A DNA stretch of 64,000 bases, taken from Patescibacteria group bacterium (lineage in GTDB: Bacteria > Patescibacteriota > Patescibacteriia > JAXHNJ01). The stretch covers positions 544,660 through 608,659 of the forward strand of contig JAXHNJ010000002.1 of assembly GCA_034520665.1 (NCBI GenBank). Reading direction: 5' to 3'. This document shows positions 26,696 to 36,618 of the stretch, one piece after another; position 1 is the first letter of the stretch, and every line of letters begins with the position of its first letter. Made by a program: the position numbers and the translations under genes. The notes beneath the pieces were generated by a model. That model worked only from the letters and a program-made list of their open reading frames with translations. It made no database searches and had not been told where the DNA came from.

Positions 26696-28372
26696 TTAAT
26701 AAATTTCTTCTTTTTTTTCACGAATAAAATTCATCCATTGGTCTAAAACTTCTACCAAAGTTTTAAAAGGGGCTTCAATAATAAAGTCAAGTACAAAAGC
26801 AAAAATATTTATCTTTGGTGCTTTTAAAGAAAGCCAACGACCCATTCTAATAATGGGTATAGAAAAGAAATCAATTAAAGCGCCAATAACTGTTTTTTTC
26901 TTTTCCACTATAATAAGCTCGCGTGTGGTTTCTCGGCTTTTAATACCAAAGAAACTAACCAGAGAAAGAAAAAGTAGAAAGAGAAAAATACTAACCGCGT
27001 TAAAATTAAATAATCTTAAAATGTAAACAATTAAACCAAAAGAAATGCTAAAAACTATAAAATATAAAATGTTAAAAATTACATTCCATTTAGCGCGATA
27101 CTTGATTGGTTTTTTAAAATGCTCAAATTTAAATTCTTTTTCTCTTTCATAAACGAGACTGTTAATAGCTTTAATAACTTGGGCTGTATTTTTTTTGGTC
27201 GGTATTTTTATACTGGCAGCTATAAATATTAAAAGTATAGGGTGAAAAAATACATTGGTAATCAGGGCTGGATAATGAATTGTGTTATAAGCCAGCACAT
27301 CAAAAGGCAGCTCTAAAACAAAGGCTAGTACAGTTTTAGTTAAGATTATATAAATAACAGCCCTTAAAGTACTTCTTTTGAGTTTTTCTTTAGCCTTTTT
27401 ATAGCGAAAACGACAGGCTCTTTTTATATGTTGGTTTAATAGATCAGGTTTAGTTAATATTGAGCGGGCTTTTTCCTTATTGTGTTTTATAATATCTTTG
27501 AGAATAGTGAGAATAATAATATATTTTTTAACCTGACGAAAAATAGGCCCGGCTATGGGATTATCTATTTGTTTTTCAATAGCTTTTTTTAAACTTTTTA
27601 AATTATTGGCTACCTCATTTATTATATTATCATCATTTATAGTCCACTCTGGATAATAAAGTTGCAGTAGGCTATGGCGAATAATAGCGTCATCAGATTT
27701 CATTAAGGCTCGGTGTATAGCGATATAAAGTTGAGTATTTTTTACTTGTTCACTAACTTCTTCTTGGATATAAACCTTATCCTTCAAAACAGAATAAGCA
27801 AATTCAATTAAAGCCTGTTGCTTATGGGGTGGAAAAAAGGCCTGCTCAATTTCAACTGAAGCCATACTTAATATCCATTCATTAAACTCGAATCTTTTCT
27901 GGCCTTTTTCCAAAAAAGAGCTCTGTCGCATTAATTTTATATATTTAGCAAATATTTTTTCTACCCTTTCCACTAAACTTTCCGGGACAGTGTCATTTTT
28001 TAAATAACCAGCTCGAATTAATTCAACAATTAAACTTCTGATATTAAAAGTTTCAATCTTTCCTTGGTTAAGCCAGCGAGTTAAAATTCTCTCAATAGCG
28101 TTTTTTCTTAAAAGGTGCTCATCTTTATAATCAATAGCTATTCTAATTTTTTCATAGAGAAATGCCATCTTTGAAATAGTGGTGGAAACATGGATCTTAG
28201 GAGATTTAGGATCTTGCCATTCTTTATTTTTTTGAATTTCAAAAGCGCTAATCAATTTTTCTACAGCTGGTTTTAATTCCTTGCTTTGATTTATTTGATT
28301 ATTTTGATTATCATTTTTTTGTTGAAAACTTTGCTTGAAGTTATCAAATTTATTTTTTTCTGGTAAATACAT
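26696..28372 (-). CDS. Large hypothetical membrane protein with an N-terminal soluble region and a C-terminal multi-TM region
   Basis: 558-aa ORF. It is divergent from the GT39 gene. No family assigned. Confidence 0.65.
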   Translation of the reverse strand: MYLPEKNKFDNFKQSFQQKNDNQNNQINQSKELKPAVEKLISAFEIQKNKEWQDPKSPKIHVSTTISKMAFLYEKIRIAIDYKDEHLLRKNAIERILTRWLNQGKIETFNIRSLIVELIRAGYLKNDTVPESLVERVEKIFAKYIKLMRQSSFLEKGQKRFEFNEWILSMASVEIEQAFFPPHKQQALIEFAYSVLKDKVYIQEEVSEQVKNTQLYIAIHRALMKSDDAIIRHSLLQLYYPEWTINDDNIINEVANNLKSLKKAIEKQIDNPIAGPIFRQVKKYIIILTILKDIIKHNKEKARSILTKPDLLNQHIKRACRFRYKKAKEKLKRSTLRAVIYIILTKTVLAFVLELPFDVLAYNTIHYPALITNVFFHPILLIFIAASIKIPTKKNTAQVIKAINSLVYEREKEFKFEHFKKPIKYRAKWNVIFNILYFIVFSISFGLIVYILRLFNFNAVSIFLFLLFLSLVSFFGIKSRETTRELIIVEKKKTVIGALIDFFSIPIIRMGRWLSLKAPKINIFAFVLDFIIEAPFKTLVEVLDQWMNFIREKKEEIY

Positions 28373-28460
28373 AAATTATGAAAAATATACTTCTAGTTGG
28401 TCATTTAAACATAATATTTTAATTTTGGCAATACTTTTAAAAAAATTATATAATAAAAGC

Positions 28461-29678
28461 ATGAATAAAAAACAAACTTGGTTAGTAATATTTGTAATTA
28501 TTATTACCTTGCTCAGTCTTTTTTTGAGATTTTATAATTTAGGCTTTCCCGAAAAAATTACATCGGATGAACATTATTTTGTAAATTTTGGTCGCGCCTA
28601 TGTTAGTCAGGAATTTTATCATGATGTGCATCCACCTTTGGGCAAGTTTTTTATTGCTCTGGGCATAAAAATATTTGGCGATAATGCCTTAGGCTGGCGT
28701 TTTTTTACGGCCTTATTTGGCAGTCTTTTGGTACCCTTAGGTTATTTATTGGCCTGGAAAATGTTTAATAATAAATTTATAGCCGTTTCTTTTTCTCTGT
28801 TTATACTTTTTGACGGTCTGTTTTTTGTCCAGTCACGCTTAGCCCGGCTAGACACTATTTATTTATTTTTCTTATTTCTAGCTTTCTATTTTTTCTTTTC
28901 TTTTTTGAAAAGCCATAAAGACAAAGAAATTTATTTAATTTTGTCGGGTTTATTTTTGGGCTTTAGCATAAGTACCAAATGGGTGGCTTTGGCCGGCGGT
29001 TTGTCTTTTTTAATAATCTGGCTTATTAAAAAGAAAGAAATAAAAAAATCAATAATTTGGTTTTTATTTTACCTGGTTTTTATTCCTTTGGCTATTTATT
29101 TTTTAATTTGGCAGATTCATTACGGATTAATAAGTACCCAGCCTATTACTTTTTATGAAAATTTTAAGATATTAACTTATCACCAGGGAATTAAAGAAGT
29201 ACATTCTTTAGGTTCGCCTTTTTGGTCCTGGCCTTTAATGATTTATCCTTTCTCATATTTTATAGAAAAAAGCGAGCAAGTAATAAAATATATTACGGAT
29301 TTACCTAATCCATTAATCTGGTGGCCGGCTCTAGTCGGGTTTTTATATGGCTTTTTTAAATTTAGACTTAAAGACAAAAAATTTAATATTATTTTAATAA
29401 TTTTTGCCAGTCATTTTCTACCCTATCTTTTTATCTCTCGCTCGCTTTTTCTTTATCATTTTATTCTGGCGGCTCCTTTTTTATGGCTGGGATTTTTATA
29501 TTTTTTAAGTAAGTTTTGGTACCAATCAAAAAAAAGCAAAATTATTATTTTAGGTTATTTTGCTTTAGTTATTATTTCTTTTGTTTTTTTCTATCCGGTT
29601 TTAATCGGCCAGCCATTATCCACGAGCAGTTTTAATTTAAGATGGTGGCTAATTAGCTGGTTTCCTTTGGCGGTCTAA
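28461..29678 (+). CDS. GT39/PMT-family dolichyl-phosphate-mannose protein mannosyltransferase-like glycosyltransferase
   Basis: N-terminal DEHYF loop motif, HPPLGK and a multi-TM GT-C fold. The likely start is MNKKQ at 28461, inside the longer ORF that opens at 28335. Confidence 0.8.
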   Translation: MNKKQTWLVIFVIIITLLSLFLRFYNLGFPEKITSDEHYFVNFGRAYVSQEFYHDVHPPLGKFFIALGIKIFGDNALGWRFFTALFGSLLVPLGYLLAWKMFNNKFIAVSFSLFILFDGLFFVQSRLARLDTIYLFFLFLAFYFFFSFLKSHKDKEIYLILSGLFLGFSISTKWVALAGGLSFLIIWLIKKKEIKKSIIWFLFYLVFIPLAIYFLIWQIHYGLISTQPITFYENFKILTYHQGIKEVHSLGSPFWSWPLMIYPFSYFIEKSEQVIKYITDLPNPLIWWPALVGFLYGFFKFRLKDKKFNIILIIFASHFLPYLFISRSLFLYHFILAAPFLWLGFLYFLSKFWYQSKKSKIIILGYFALVIISFVFFYPVLIGQPLSTSSFNLRWWLISWFPLAV

Positions 29679-30798
29679 TTTTTTTTACATTAAGGAAATA
29701 AGCGGCTAAATAAGTAGCGATCGGTATGGCTAAAATCAGGCCAATACTGCCGGTTAGGGTTCTGACAATTTCGGTGGCAATAACTTCATGGTTAATAACA
29801 TCACCAAAACTTAAAAAAGGCGGTTCATTGACTGTAAATAATAAAAGCAGCGGCAAGGAGGCACCGGCGTAAGCTAAAAATAGAGTATTAACCATAGAGC
29901 CCATATGCGATTTTCCCACTCGAAAGGCTCGTTTAAATATTTCGCGCCTGCTTAAATTAGAATTAGCCTTCTTAATTTCCTGACAGGTAGCTATTTGGCT
30001 GATAACTACATCATCGAGAACACCCAAGGCGCCAATAATAATAGCGGCCAAAAGAAGTCCTTTTAGATTAATAAAACTGCGGCCGCTGGCAATTAAAAAG
30101 AGTGTTTCTTCCTGGGCTAGACCGGTTAGTTTAGCTAGATCAGTAAATATTGAGGAAATAAAAGCGGTTATAATTAAAGCAATAATTATACTTAAAACAG
30201 CCAGATGAGATTTTTTATTAAAGCCTTCAGTTATATAGATAATACAAAACAAAATCATTATAGCGCCGATTATTGAAATAAGAATTGGGCTGACTCCATT
30301 CAAAATCTGAGGAATAATAAATTTCATAATTACTAAAAAACTGATAACCAGAGCAATTAAAGCCCTTAAACCTTTTAATCGGCCGATAACAATAATTACC
30401 AAAGCAAAGAGCGCAGCTAGCCAATAAAGGCTGCCCTGACGGACATAATCAGTAATATAAAATTTGTCATCACCTTCACTATCAGTGGTTTTAGTCACCA
30501 AAACTTTGTCGCCAATCTGATACTCTTTTTTGCTCAAAACCTGAATATCAGAAATACCGTAAAAAATTATTTCTTTATCCTGCCACTCATCCTCTAATCC
30601 TTTCAGTTTAATATTTTGCTGACGGTATTGATGGCCGTGTTCGTCTTCCTTGACTTGCTCCTCAATAATTTCAATTACCCGGGCTTTAAAAACTTCATCA
30701 GTTTCTGGCTTTTGATTGTTTTCTAAATTTTCTTGGGCTAGGGCCTGAAAAGGAAATAAACAAAGTAAGACGGCTATAATTAATATTATTTTTTTCAT
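29653..30798 (-). CDS. YibE/F-family membrane protein
   Basis: Signal peptide plus periplasmic domain, then multi-TM YibE/F-like segments (GRSFINLKGLLLAAIIIGALGVLDDVVISQ). Confidence 0.75.
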   Translation of the reverse strand: MKKIILIIAVLLCLFPFQALAQENLENNQKPETDEVFKARVIEIIEEQVKEDEHGHQYRQQNIKLKGLEDEWQDKEIIFYGISDIQVLSKKEYQIGDKVLVTKTTDSEGDDKFYITDYVRQGSLYWLAALFALVIIVIGRLKGLRALIALVISFLVIMKFIIPQILNGVSPILISIIGAIMILFCIIYITEGFNKKSHLAVLSIIIALIITAFISSIFTDLAKLTGLAQEETLFLIASGRSFINLKGLLLAAIIIGALGVLDDVVISQIATCQEIKKANSNLSRREIFKRAFRVGKSHMGSMVNTLFLAYAGASLPLLLLFTVNEPPFLSFGDVINHEVIATEIVRTLTGSIGLILAIPIATYLAAYFLNVKKIRPPKETS

Positions 30799-31016
30799 AT
30801 CTTATCAATTTTGATTAATTTATCGTCATTTAAATAGTAATTCCGATAGCTGGAGTATTTGTATTCTTCAGGGTTTTTGGTCAGTTTAGTATAAATTGGA
30901 TTATTATGAATATATTTTAGTTTTTACTCTAATTTCTTCTCGGAATAGATATTAAAGTCGTAAAAATCATTCATCCAGACTGAATATTTTCTCTTCTTTC
31001 TAAAACTAGTCGGGTA

Positions 31017-31113
31017 GGCCGAATCCTCAGATTCGGCCGAGAGACTAGCCCGATCTGAGGATCGGGCCGTAATACCCAGTGTAGGAGAGTGGCGCGGATC
31101 TCCTGATCCGCGC
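31017..31113. repeat. Array of three perfect GC-rich hairpins with GATC-centred stems
   Basis: GGCCGAATC-CTCA-GATTCGGCC (31017-31038). GCCCGATC-TGAG-GATCGGGC (31048-31067). GCGCGGATC-TCCT-GATCCGCGC (31092-31113). Confidence 0.6.
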
Positions 31114-31168
31114 TTCTCGGGTAATTTTAAGGGCTTCCTTGGCAGTTTGTTTTATACTAGGTAGTTTC

Positions 31169-31354
31169 CAATGGCTTTTTTATTCCAAACCCACCACCAA
31201 AACCTTACTAGCTGCTATAACCATAACCAATTAGCAAAAAAGAGGGTTTTGGGCCGAGCCGCTAGTTTGGTTATTAGGCTGAGTCAATGGTTTTTTATTC
31301 CAAACCCACCACCAAAACCTTACTAGCTGCTATAACCATAACCAATTAGCAAAA
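31169..31354. repeat. Two copies of a 70-nt direct repeat separated by a 46-nt spacer
   Basis: CAATGG(C)TTTTTTATTCCAAACCCACCACCAAAACCTTACTAGCTGCTATAACCATAACCAATTAGCAAAA at 31169-31239 and 31285-31354, with one indel between copies. Confidence 0.7.
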
Positions 31355-31558
31355 CATAAATCGCCGGATAAATCCGGCGCCTTCACCTCTTCATCCGCGT
31401 AGCTGGAGATTTATCTCCAGATGTCAGAATTAAATGAGCGTGGTTGGGCCTGATTATAATTTGAAAAAAATTATCGTAAACAAATAAATTTAATTATAAA
31501 CCTTACTGGTTACAAAGTAAGTCTGGTTTTCTTTATTGATAGTTTTAAGGGGCATTAG

Positions 31559-32737
31559 TTAAGCAAACATCAACCACTCCGGCTTGATTAGAAGCAATAT
31601 ACCGAGAATGAAAATAATAATTCCACCGATTAATTCAGAAAAACGGGAATATTTGCCGGTCAATCCGGTTACTTTGACTGTTAACATAGCCACAGTAAAG
31701 ATAATCATATCATCAAGCATGAAAATTATAGTGTAGCCGGCTATGTAAAGATAATACTGCCATTTAGGTAAATTACTTAAGGCCAATATTTGAGTATAAA
31801 TGGCTGGCAGGCCAACTGAACAGGCTAACTCAATCAAATTAACTACAAAAGCCAAAACTACTATACCACCTAGGGCGTAAATAAAATTTCTTGATTCAAC
31901 AATATTATTTATTTTATCCATCACTTTTTGGCGCCGTTCGCCTTTAACTACTTTGCATTCCTCGGATCTTTTTTGAATAAATTCTTTTAAGTAATAAAAA
32001 CCAACCCCTAAAGCCAGAACGCCGATAATTATCTGGACAATACGGACATAGCCAATAAAAAGAAACAGATTAAGCCAGGCCGTCATAAAGAGAAAATAAA
32101 CCAAAGCGCTGGCCGCGATAAAGGTCAGGCCGATAGCCCACATGTTTTTCCGGTTTTTCATACCTAAAAGGGCGCTGATTAAAAAAACTAAAACCCACAT
32201 AGCACAGGGGTTAAAACCGTCCACCGCTCCGATGATTAAAGTTAAAACCGGCAGGGAATACTTGGTTAAATCAACTTGACCAAAAAAAGGCAGGTTGTAT
32301 TTTTTTTCAATATGCAGAGCCTGATTAGTATTTTCGTTTTGGTTATTATTAACAGCAGTATTTGTCTGGTTGTTAATATTAGTATTTTCCAGTTCCTCTA
32401 GCTTATAATCAATAAAATTAATAATCGGAGTGTCACCAACAGCATATTGGCTGCCCCAGATCAGCATGGGTACTCCCCGTTCATTATTGGGGATATCGGC
32501 CTGTTCGCAGAATTGGTTAAAGCGGGCCGCATTTTGGCTATTTAAATAAACCTCTCTTTTTTCTATATTAACCTTATCTTCAAGATTGACTTTTTCCATA
32601 TATTCTTCGGCTTTATCACAATGAGGACAGGTGTAACCGTAATAAAAAATAACCTTTTCTTTATCCTGTGCCTGAGCCACAAAGGGTAAAGTTAATAAGA
32701 TTACTAATAAACTAAAAAGTAATATTTTTTTATTCAT
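31559..32737 (-). CDS. Thioredoxin-fold (CxxC) domain fused to a CcdA/DsbD-like transmembrane disulfide transporter
   Basis: Signal peptide, YGYTCPHC thioredoxin motif, and C-terminal TM helices with conserved Cys (FNPCAMW, ELACSVG). Confidence 0.75.
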   Translation of the reverse strand: MNKKILLFSLLVILLTLPFVAQAQDKEKVIFYYGYTCPHCDKAEEYMEKVNLEDKVNIEKREVYLNSQNAARFNQFCEQADIPNNERGVPMLIWGSQYAVGDTPIINFIDYKLEELENTNINNQTNTAVNNNQNENTNQALHIEKKYNLPFFGQVDLTKYSLPVLTLIIGAVDGFNPCAMWVLVFLISALLGMKNRKNMWAIGLTFIAASALVYFLFMTAWLNLFLFIGYVRIVQIIIGVLALGVGFYYLKEFIQKRSEECKVVKGERRQKVMDKINNIVESRNFIYALGGIVVLAFVVNLIELACSVGLPAIYTQILALSNLPKWQYYLYIAGYTIIFMLDDMIIFTVAMLTVKVTGLTGKYSRFSELIGGIIIFILGILLLIKPEWLMFA

Positions 32738-33005
32738 GGATAGAAATAGCCTTTCCTTTAATTATGGCTTCAGAGATTTTTTTATAAGCCGAAGATAAAA
32801 TTCTCTGAAAAGTACTTTGAGAAGTATTCATTTTTTTAGCCGCTTTTTTCTGATCAAACTCTTTAACATTTTTTAGTCTTAGAGCCTCGGCTTCTTCATG
32901 AGTTAATTCTACTACTTTCAAAAAACGCATAGGCACGCCTTGCGGTTTAAAATAAGTAACTTTTGGGTTAAATCTAATTTTTCTATAAAGTTTTGGACGG
33001 GGCAT
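32730..33005 (-). CDS. DUF134 (UPF0251) family putative DNA-binding protein
   Basis: MPRPKLYRKIRFNPKVTYFKP...LTHEEAEALRLKNVKEF...QSTFQRIL matches the DUF134 pattern. Confidence 0.8.
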   Translation of the reverse strand: MPRPKLYRKIRFNPKVTYFKPQGVPMRFLKVVELTHEEAEALRLKNVKEFDQKKAAKKMNTSQSTFQRILSSAYKKISEAIIKGKAISIHE

Positions 33006-33094
33006 AATGGTTTTTTATTTATAACAAAAAAAGAAAGTTCTGTCTAGAATATAGATAAAGGGCCTTTCAGAAGAAAATGAAAGACCCTTTTTTG

Positions 33095-33385
33095 TTATTT
33101 ATTTTTTTTAGACTGGAGAACCTTTAGTTCTTCTTCTACGGCTTTGAGTTCTTCCCGAAGAGCTTCTTTTTCTTCATTTAAGGCTCTTTTTTCGTCTGAT
33201 TTGGTCCAGTTTTGGCTTGGAACGTAACCTTGGTTTCTAAAACCAAAGCCTTGACCCATACCACGACCACGGCCAAATCCTTGGCCAAAGCCTCGGCGGC
33301 TACAACCAGCGCCGCAAGGGCCTGTGCCCCAGCCAGCGCCCGGACCACCGCCCCAAACTGGACCTCTTCCGTCATATCCTGACAT
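33095..33385 (-). CDS. DUF5320-like Gly-rich coiled-coil protein
   Basis: Gly/Trp-rich N-terminus (GPVWGGGPGAGWGTGPCGAGC, GFGRGRGMGQGFGF) plus a C-terminal coiled coil. This is a typical partner of DUF134. Confidence 0.65.
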   Translation of the reverse strand: MSGYDGRGPVWGGGPGAGWGTGPCGAGCSRRGFGQGFGRGRGMGQGFGFRNQGYVPSQNWTKSDEKRALNEEKEALREELKAVEEELKVLQSKKNK

Positions 33386-33482
33386 AAATTTATCCTTTCT
33401 AATTAATTTATTATTTAGGTTAATTACTTAGGTATAAATTGCTGTGGATAAATATTATGAATATTTACCCAATATTAGCTAA

Positions 33483-34025
33483 ATGAATTTCTTGACTTAT
33501 AATGAATATATACCCATAATTAATAATAACTTATTTAAATTATTTGTCAAGAGCTTTTATTTAGCAATTATTTTCTATTTAGAGTATTATACATATATGA
33601 CTGATAATAAAATAAAAAAAGCTATCCAGTCATTAGTCAATATGACTAAAATGGTTACGCCTATTATTATAGGGGTGGTTTTATTAGTAGGTTTAGTTAA
33701 TAAGGGTATTCCTAAATCTTTTTTTGCCAGTATTTTTACTGGTCTGGCTCCCTTGGATGCTTTTATTGGTGCAATTATTGGCAGTGTGGCCGCTGGTAAT
33801 CCGATTACCAGTTATATTATTGGCCATGAATTATTAAACAATAGTGTAGCCCTAGTGGCTGTTGTCGCCTTTATTATAGCCTGGGTCACGGTCGGCCTAG
33901 TTCAGTTTCCGGCTGAAAGTCTAATGCTCGGTAAAAAATTTGCTTTTTGGCGCAACTTAACTAGCTTTATTACCGCAATTATTATTTCATTATTAAGTGT
34001 CGGTACTCTATGGCTAATCCTATAA
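33483..34025 (+). CDS. Predicted permease, first of a two-gene pair (DUF318/ArsP-like)
   Basis: Multi-TM ORF. It overlaps the next gene by 16 nt. Confidence 0.55.
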   Translation: MNFLTYNEYIPIINNNLFKLFVKSFYLAIIFYLEYYTYMTDNKIKKAIQSLVNMTKMVTPIIIGVVLLVGLVNKGIPKSFFASIFTGLAPLDAFIGAIIGSVAAGNPITSYIIGHELLNNSVALVAVVAFIIAWVTVGLVQFPAESLMLGKKFAFWRNLTSFITAIIISLLSVGTLWLIL

Positions 34026-34588
34026 AAAAAATTACTAATCGTATTGGCGCTAACTGGTTTTTTCTGATTATTGTTTTAATTATTTATTTAATAGTAACTA
34101 TTTTCAGTCCTTCTTTGGGTTACCGATCTTTTTTAGGAGCTTTCAATATTTTTGTAGAAATAATACCGGTAATTATTTTAGTTTTCTTTTTAGTTTTTGT
34201 GTTTAATCTTTTTATTTCGCCGGAAAAAGTGGTACAGTATTTAGGAAATTCCGCTGGTTTTAAAGGCTGGTTTTTATCGATTGTTTTTGGTATTCTTTCC
34301 TCGGGACCGATTTATATGTGGTATCCACTTTTAAAAGATTTAAAAAACAAGGGCATGCGACCAGCTTTTATCACGGCTTTTCTTTACAACCGCGCTATTA
34401 AAATACCGCTTCTTTCAATGATGGTTTTTTATTTGGGTTGGGCTTTGGTTATAATTTTAAATTTTTACATGATAATATTTTCCGTGATCAACGGATATAT
34501 AGTCGAAAAAATAATTTCCTCCAGTGGCGCCATGCCAAAGGACGGGCAAGGATTCACCTCTGGGGAAAAAAGAAAGGAAAAAATATGA
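34010..34588 (+). CDS. Predicted permease, second of the pair
   Basis: Multi-TM ORF. Its stop overlaps the NifX-like gene start as ATGA. Confidence 0.55.
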   Translation: MANPIKKITNRIGANWFFLIIVLIIYLIVTIFSPSLGYRSFLGAFNIFVEIIPVIILVFFLVFVFNLFISPEKVVQYLGNSAGFKGWFLSIVFGILSSGPIYMWYPLLKDLKNKGMRPAFITAFLYNRAIKIPLLSMMVFYLGWALVIILNFYMIIFSVINGYIVEKIISSSGAMPKDGQGFTSGEKRKEKI

Positions 34589-34890
34589 AAATTGCTATTG
34601 CTACCTTAGAAAAAAATCCTGACTCGGAAATTTCCACCTCGGCCGGGCGCGCTCCTTTTTATCTTATTTTTAATGAAAAAGGAGAAGTTTTGGAGACTTG
34701 GCAAAATGTCTTTGCCAAGGGCGGTGGCGGGGCCGGATTTGCGGTGACCGATGCTATGAAGGAAAAAGGAGTGGCTGTAATTATCGCCGGCCAGTTTGGT
34801 CAGAATATGATCGGGGCCATGGACTCGGCTGGTATCAGGTATATGGAAAAAAAGGGTCAGGCTAAGGAATCAGCTCAGAAAATTGAATAA
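34585..34890 (+). CDS. NifX/NifB-like dinitrogenase FeMo-cofactor-binding domain protein
   Basis: MKIAIATLEKNPDSEISTSAGRAPFYLIF...VAVIIAGQFGQNMIGAMDSAGI matches the Nitro_FeMo-Co fold. The start at MKIAI lies inside the longer ORF that opens at 34438. Confidence 0.7.
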   Translation: MKIAIATLEKNPDSEISTSAGRAPFYLIFNEKGEVLETWQNVFAKGGGGAGFAVTDAMKEKGVAVIIAGQFGQNMIGAMDSAGIRYMEKKGQAKESAQKIE

Positions 34891-34898
34891 ATTTGTCA

Positions 34899-35522
34899 TT
34901 ATTTTTTAAGTATAAGATGATAATTTAAAAATCGACGATTTTTAAATGGAGTTATGTTTTCTTTAGTTACTTTAAAAGAAACCGGTAGATATTTTTTGAG
35001 CTCACCTTTTTGAAAATAAAGAAACCATCTTTTAGTGCCTGGCTTTTCATTATATAATTCCCAGCCATTTTTATGGCCTTCTCTTAAAGCGACAAAGAGC
35101 GGCGATTTTGGCTTTAGAATTACTGCCATTTTTTTTAGTACTTTTTTTATTTTTTCTTTTTTATCAAAATGAATTAAAGAAGTATGGCACCAAAGGCCGT
35201 CAAAGGTATTGTTTCTAAATTCTAAATTTTCCAGATCCATAACTTTAGCTTCTAGTCCTTTTTTCCGGCAGAGCTTGACCATGCCTGGACTAATATCAAT
35301 GGCCGAAGGATGATAACCTTTTTCTTTAAAATAAAGCGTATGAGTGCCAGCACCACAACCAGCGTCTAAAATTTTGCCGGCTGGTTTTATTTGCGAGAGA
35401 AATTTATCAGCTTCTGGTTTAACAATTTTATTAAAATATTGATCATATCCCTGGCCTAATTCTTTAGCTATTTGGGAATAGGTCTGGCTGGTACAAGTCT
35501 TTTTGTTATTTTTTTTAGACAT
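34899..35522 (-). CDS. Class I SAM-dependent methyltransferase
   Basis: ILDAGCGAGTHT glycine-rich SAM-binding motif. Confidence 0.85.
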   Translation of the reverse strand: MSKKNNKKTCTSQTYSQIAKELGQGYDQYFNKIVKPEADKFLSQIKPAGKILDAGCGAGTHTLYFKEKGYHPSAIDISPGMVKLCRKKGLEAKVMDLENLEFRNNTFDGLWCHTSLIHFDKKEKIKKVLKKMAVILKPKSPLFVALREGHKNGWELYNEKPGTKRWFLYFQKGELKKYLPVSFKVTKENITPFKNRRFLNYHLILKK

Positions 35523-35653
35523 AAAATAGAATTGAATTATTTTTATTATAGCAAAAAAAATTTATTAAAGAAATTTTCTTAATTAATAATCGCAGGATAA
35601 ATCCGGCGCCGGTAGAATCTTAAAATAATATCACTCTCTGGCGCAACATTCAT

Positions 35654-36505
35654 GTGGCGAGCAGTTTGACTAAGGCTTATTATTCAGTAATAATTAAAAT
35701 AATGTTTATCCATAATTTAAATCCTAATTTATTAAAAATCGGCTCTGTACAAATCCGCTGGTATGGTCTGCTTTTTGTTTTGGGGCTTTTATTTTATATT
35801 TTCTTTACCCGTTGGGTTTTTAAAAAAGCAAATCAGTCAGTCAAAAAACTGGAAGATCTTTTTATTTATTTATTTTTTGGCTTTTTAATTGGGGCTCGTT
35901 TAGGACATGTTTTTTTCTTTCAATGGCCGTATTACTCAAAAAATCCGGGTGATATTATTAAAATATGGCAAGGTGGCCTAAACAGTCATGGAGCCATGAT
36001 TGGATTATTAGTAGCTTATATTATTTTTTATTTTATAGAAAAAAGAAAAAATCCAGATTTTAATTTTTACCAGTATTCAGATTTATTAGTCATTGGTATC
36101 CCCATAGTAGCCATGATGGTGAGAATAGGTAATTTTATTAATGCCGAAGTTTTAGGCCGGCTAACAAATTCTTCCTGGGGAGTAGTTTACCAATCTTTAG
36201 GGGAAAATATAGCTCGCCATCCGGTTCAAATCTATGAAGCAATAGCCGCTTTAATTATATTTTTTATTTTACTGGGGGTTTTTCTAAACAAAAAAACCAA
36301 GCCTTACTTTATGACCTTTTTATTTTTGCTTTTGTATTTTGGCTCTCGGTTTATCTTGGAATTTTTTAAAAAATACCAGATTTTAGAAAAATCTGGCACC
36401 TGGACTTTGGGTTTAACCATGGGGCAAGCTCTTTCAGTGATACCGATTTTAGTGACTTTGATTTATTTTATTTATTATTATCCAAGGATAAAATTTAAAG
36501 AATAA
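35654..36505 (+). CDS. lgt: Prolipoprotein diacylglyceryl transferase
   Basis: IRWYGLLFVLGLL, GARLGHVFFF and the Lgt signature region. The true start may be MFIHNL at about 35702. Confidence 0.88.
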   Translation: MASSLTKAYYSVIIKIMFIHNLNPNLLKIGSVQIRWYGLLFVLGLLFYIFFTRWVFKKANQSVKKLEDLFIYLFFGFLIGARLGHVFFFQWPYYSKNPGDIIKIWQGGLNSHGAMIGLLVAYIIFYFIEKRKNPDFNFYQYSDLLVIGIPIVAMMVRIGNFINAEVLGRLTNSSWGVVYQSLGENIARHPVQIYEAIAALIIFFILLGVFLNKKTKPYFMTFLFLLLYFGSRFILEFFKKYQILEKSGTWTLGLTMGQALSVIPILVTLIYFIYYYPRIKFKE

Positions 36506-36618
36506 AATAATATTATGGACTACACTGAAGATATTGACAATAAATTTTTTTTATGATAGAATCTAGTGTTGATCATTTATAATTGGAAGAATCAATAAAT
36601 TTAAAAAGGAGGGAAGAG

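Noticed and set aside
31169-31354. Possible CRISPR array
   Set aside because: Only two 70-nt repeats with a single 46-nt spacer. The repeats are too long and there are no cas genes. It is not CRISPR-like.
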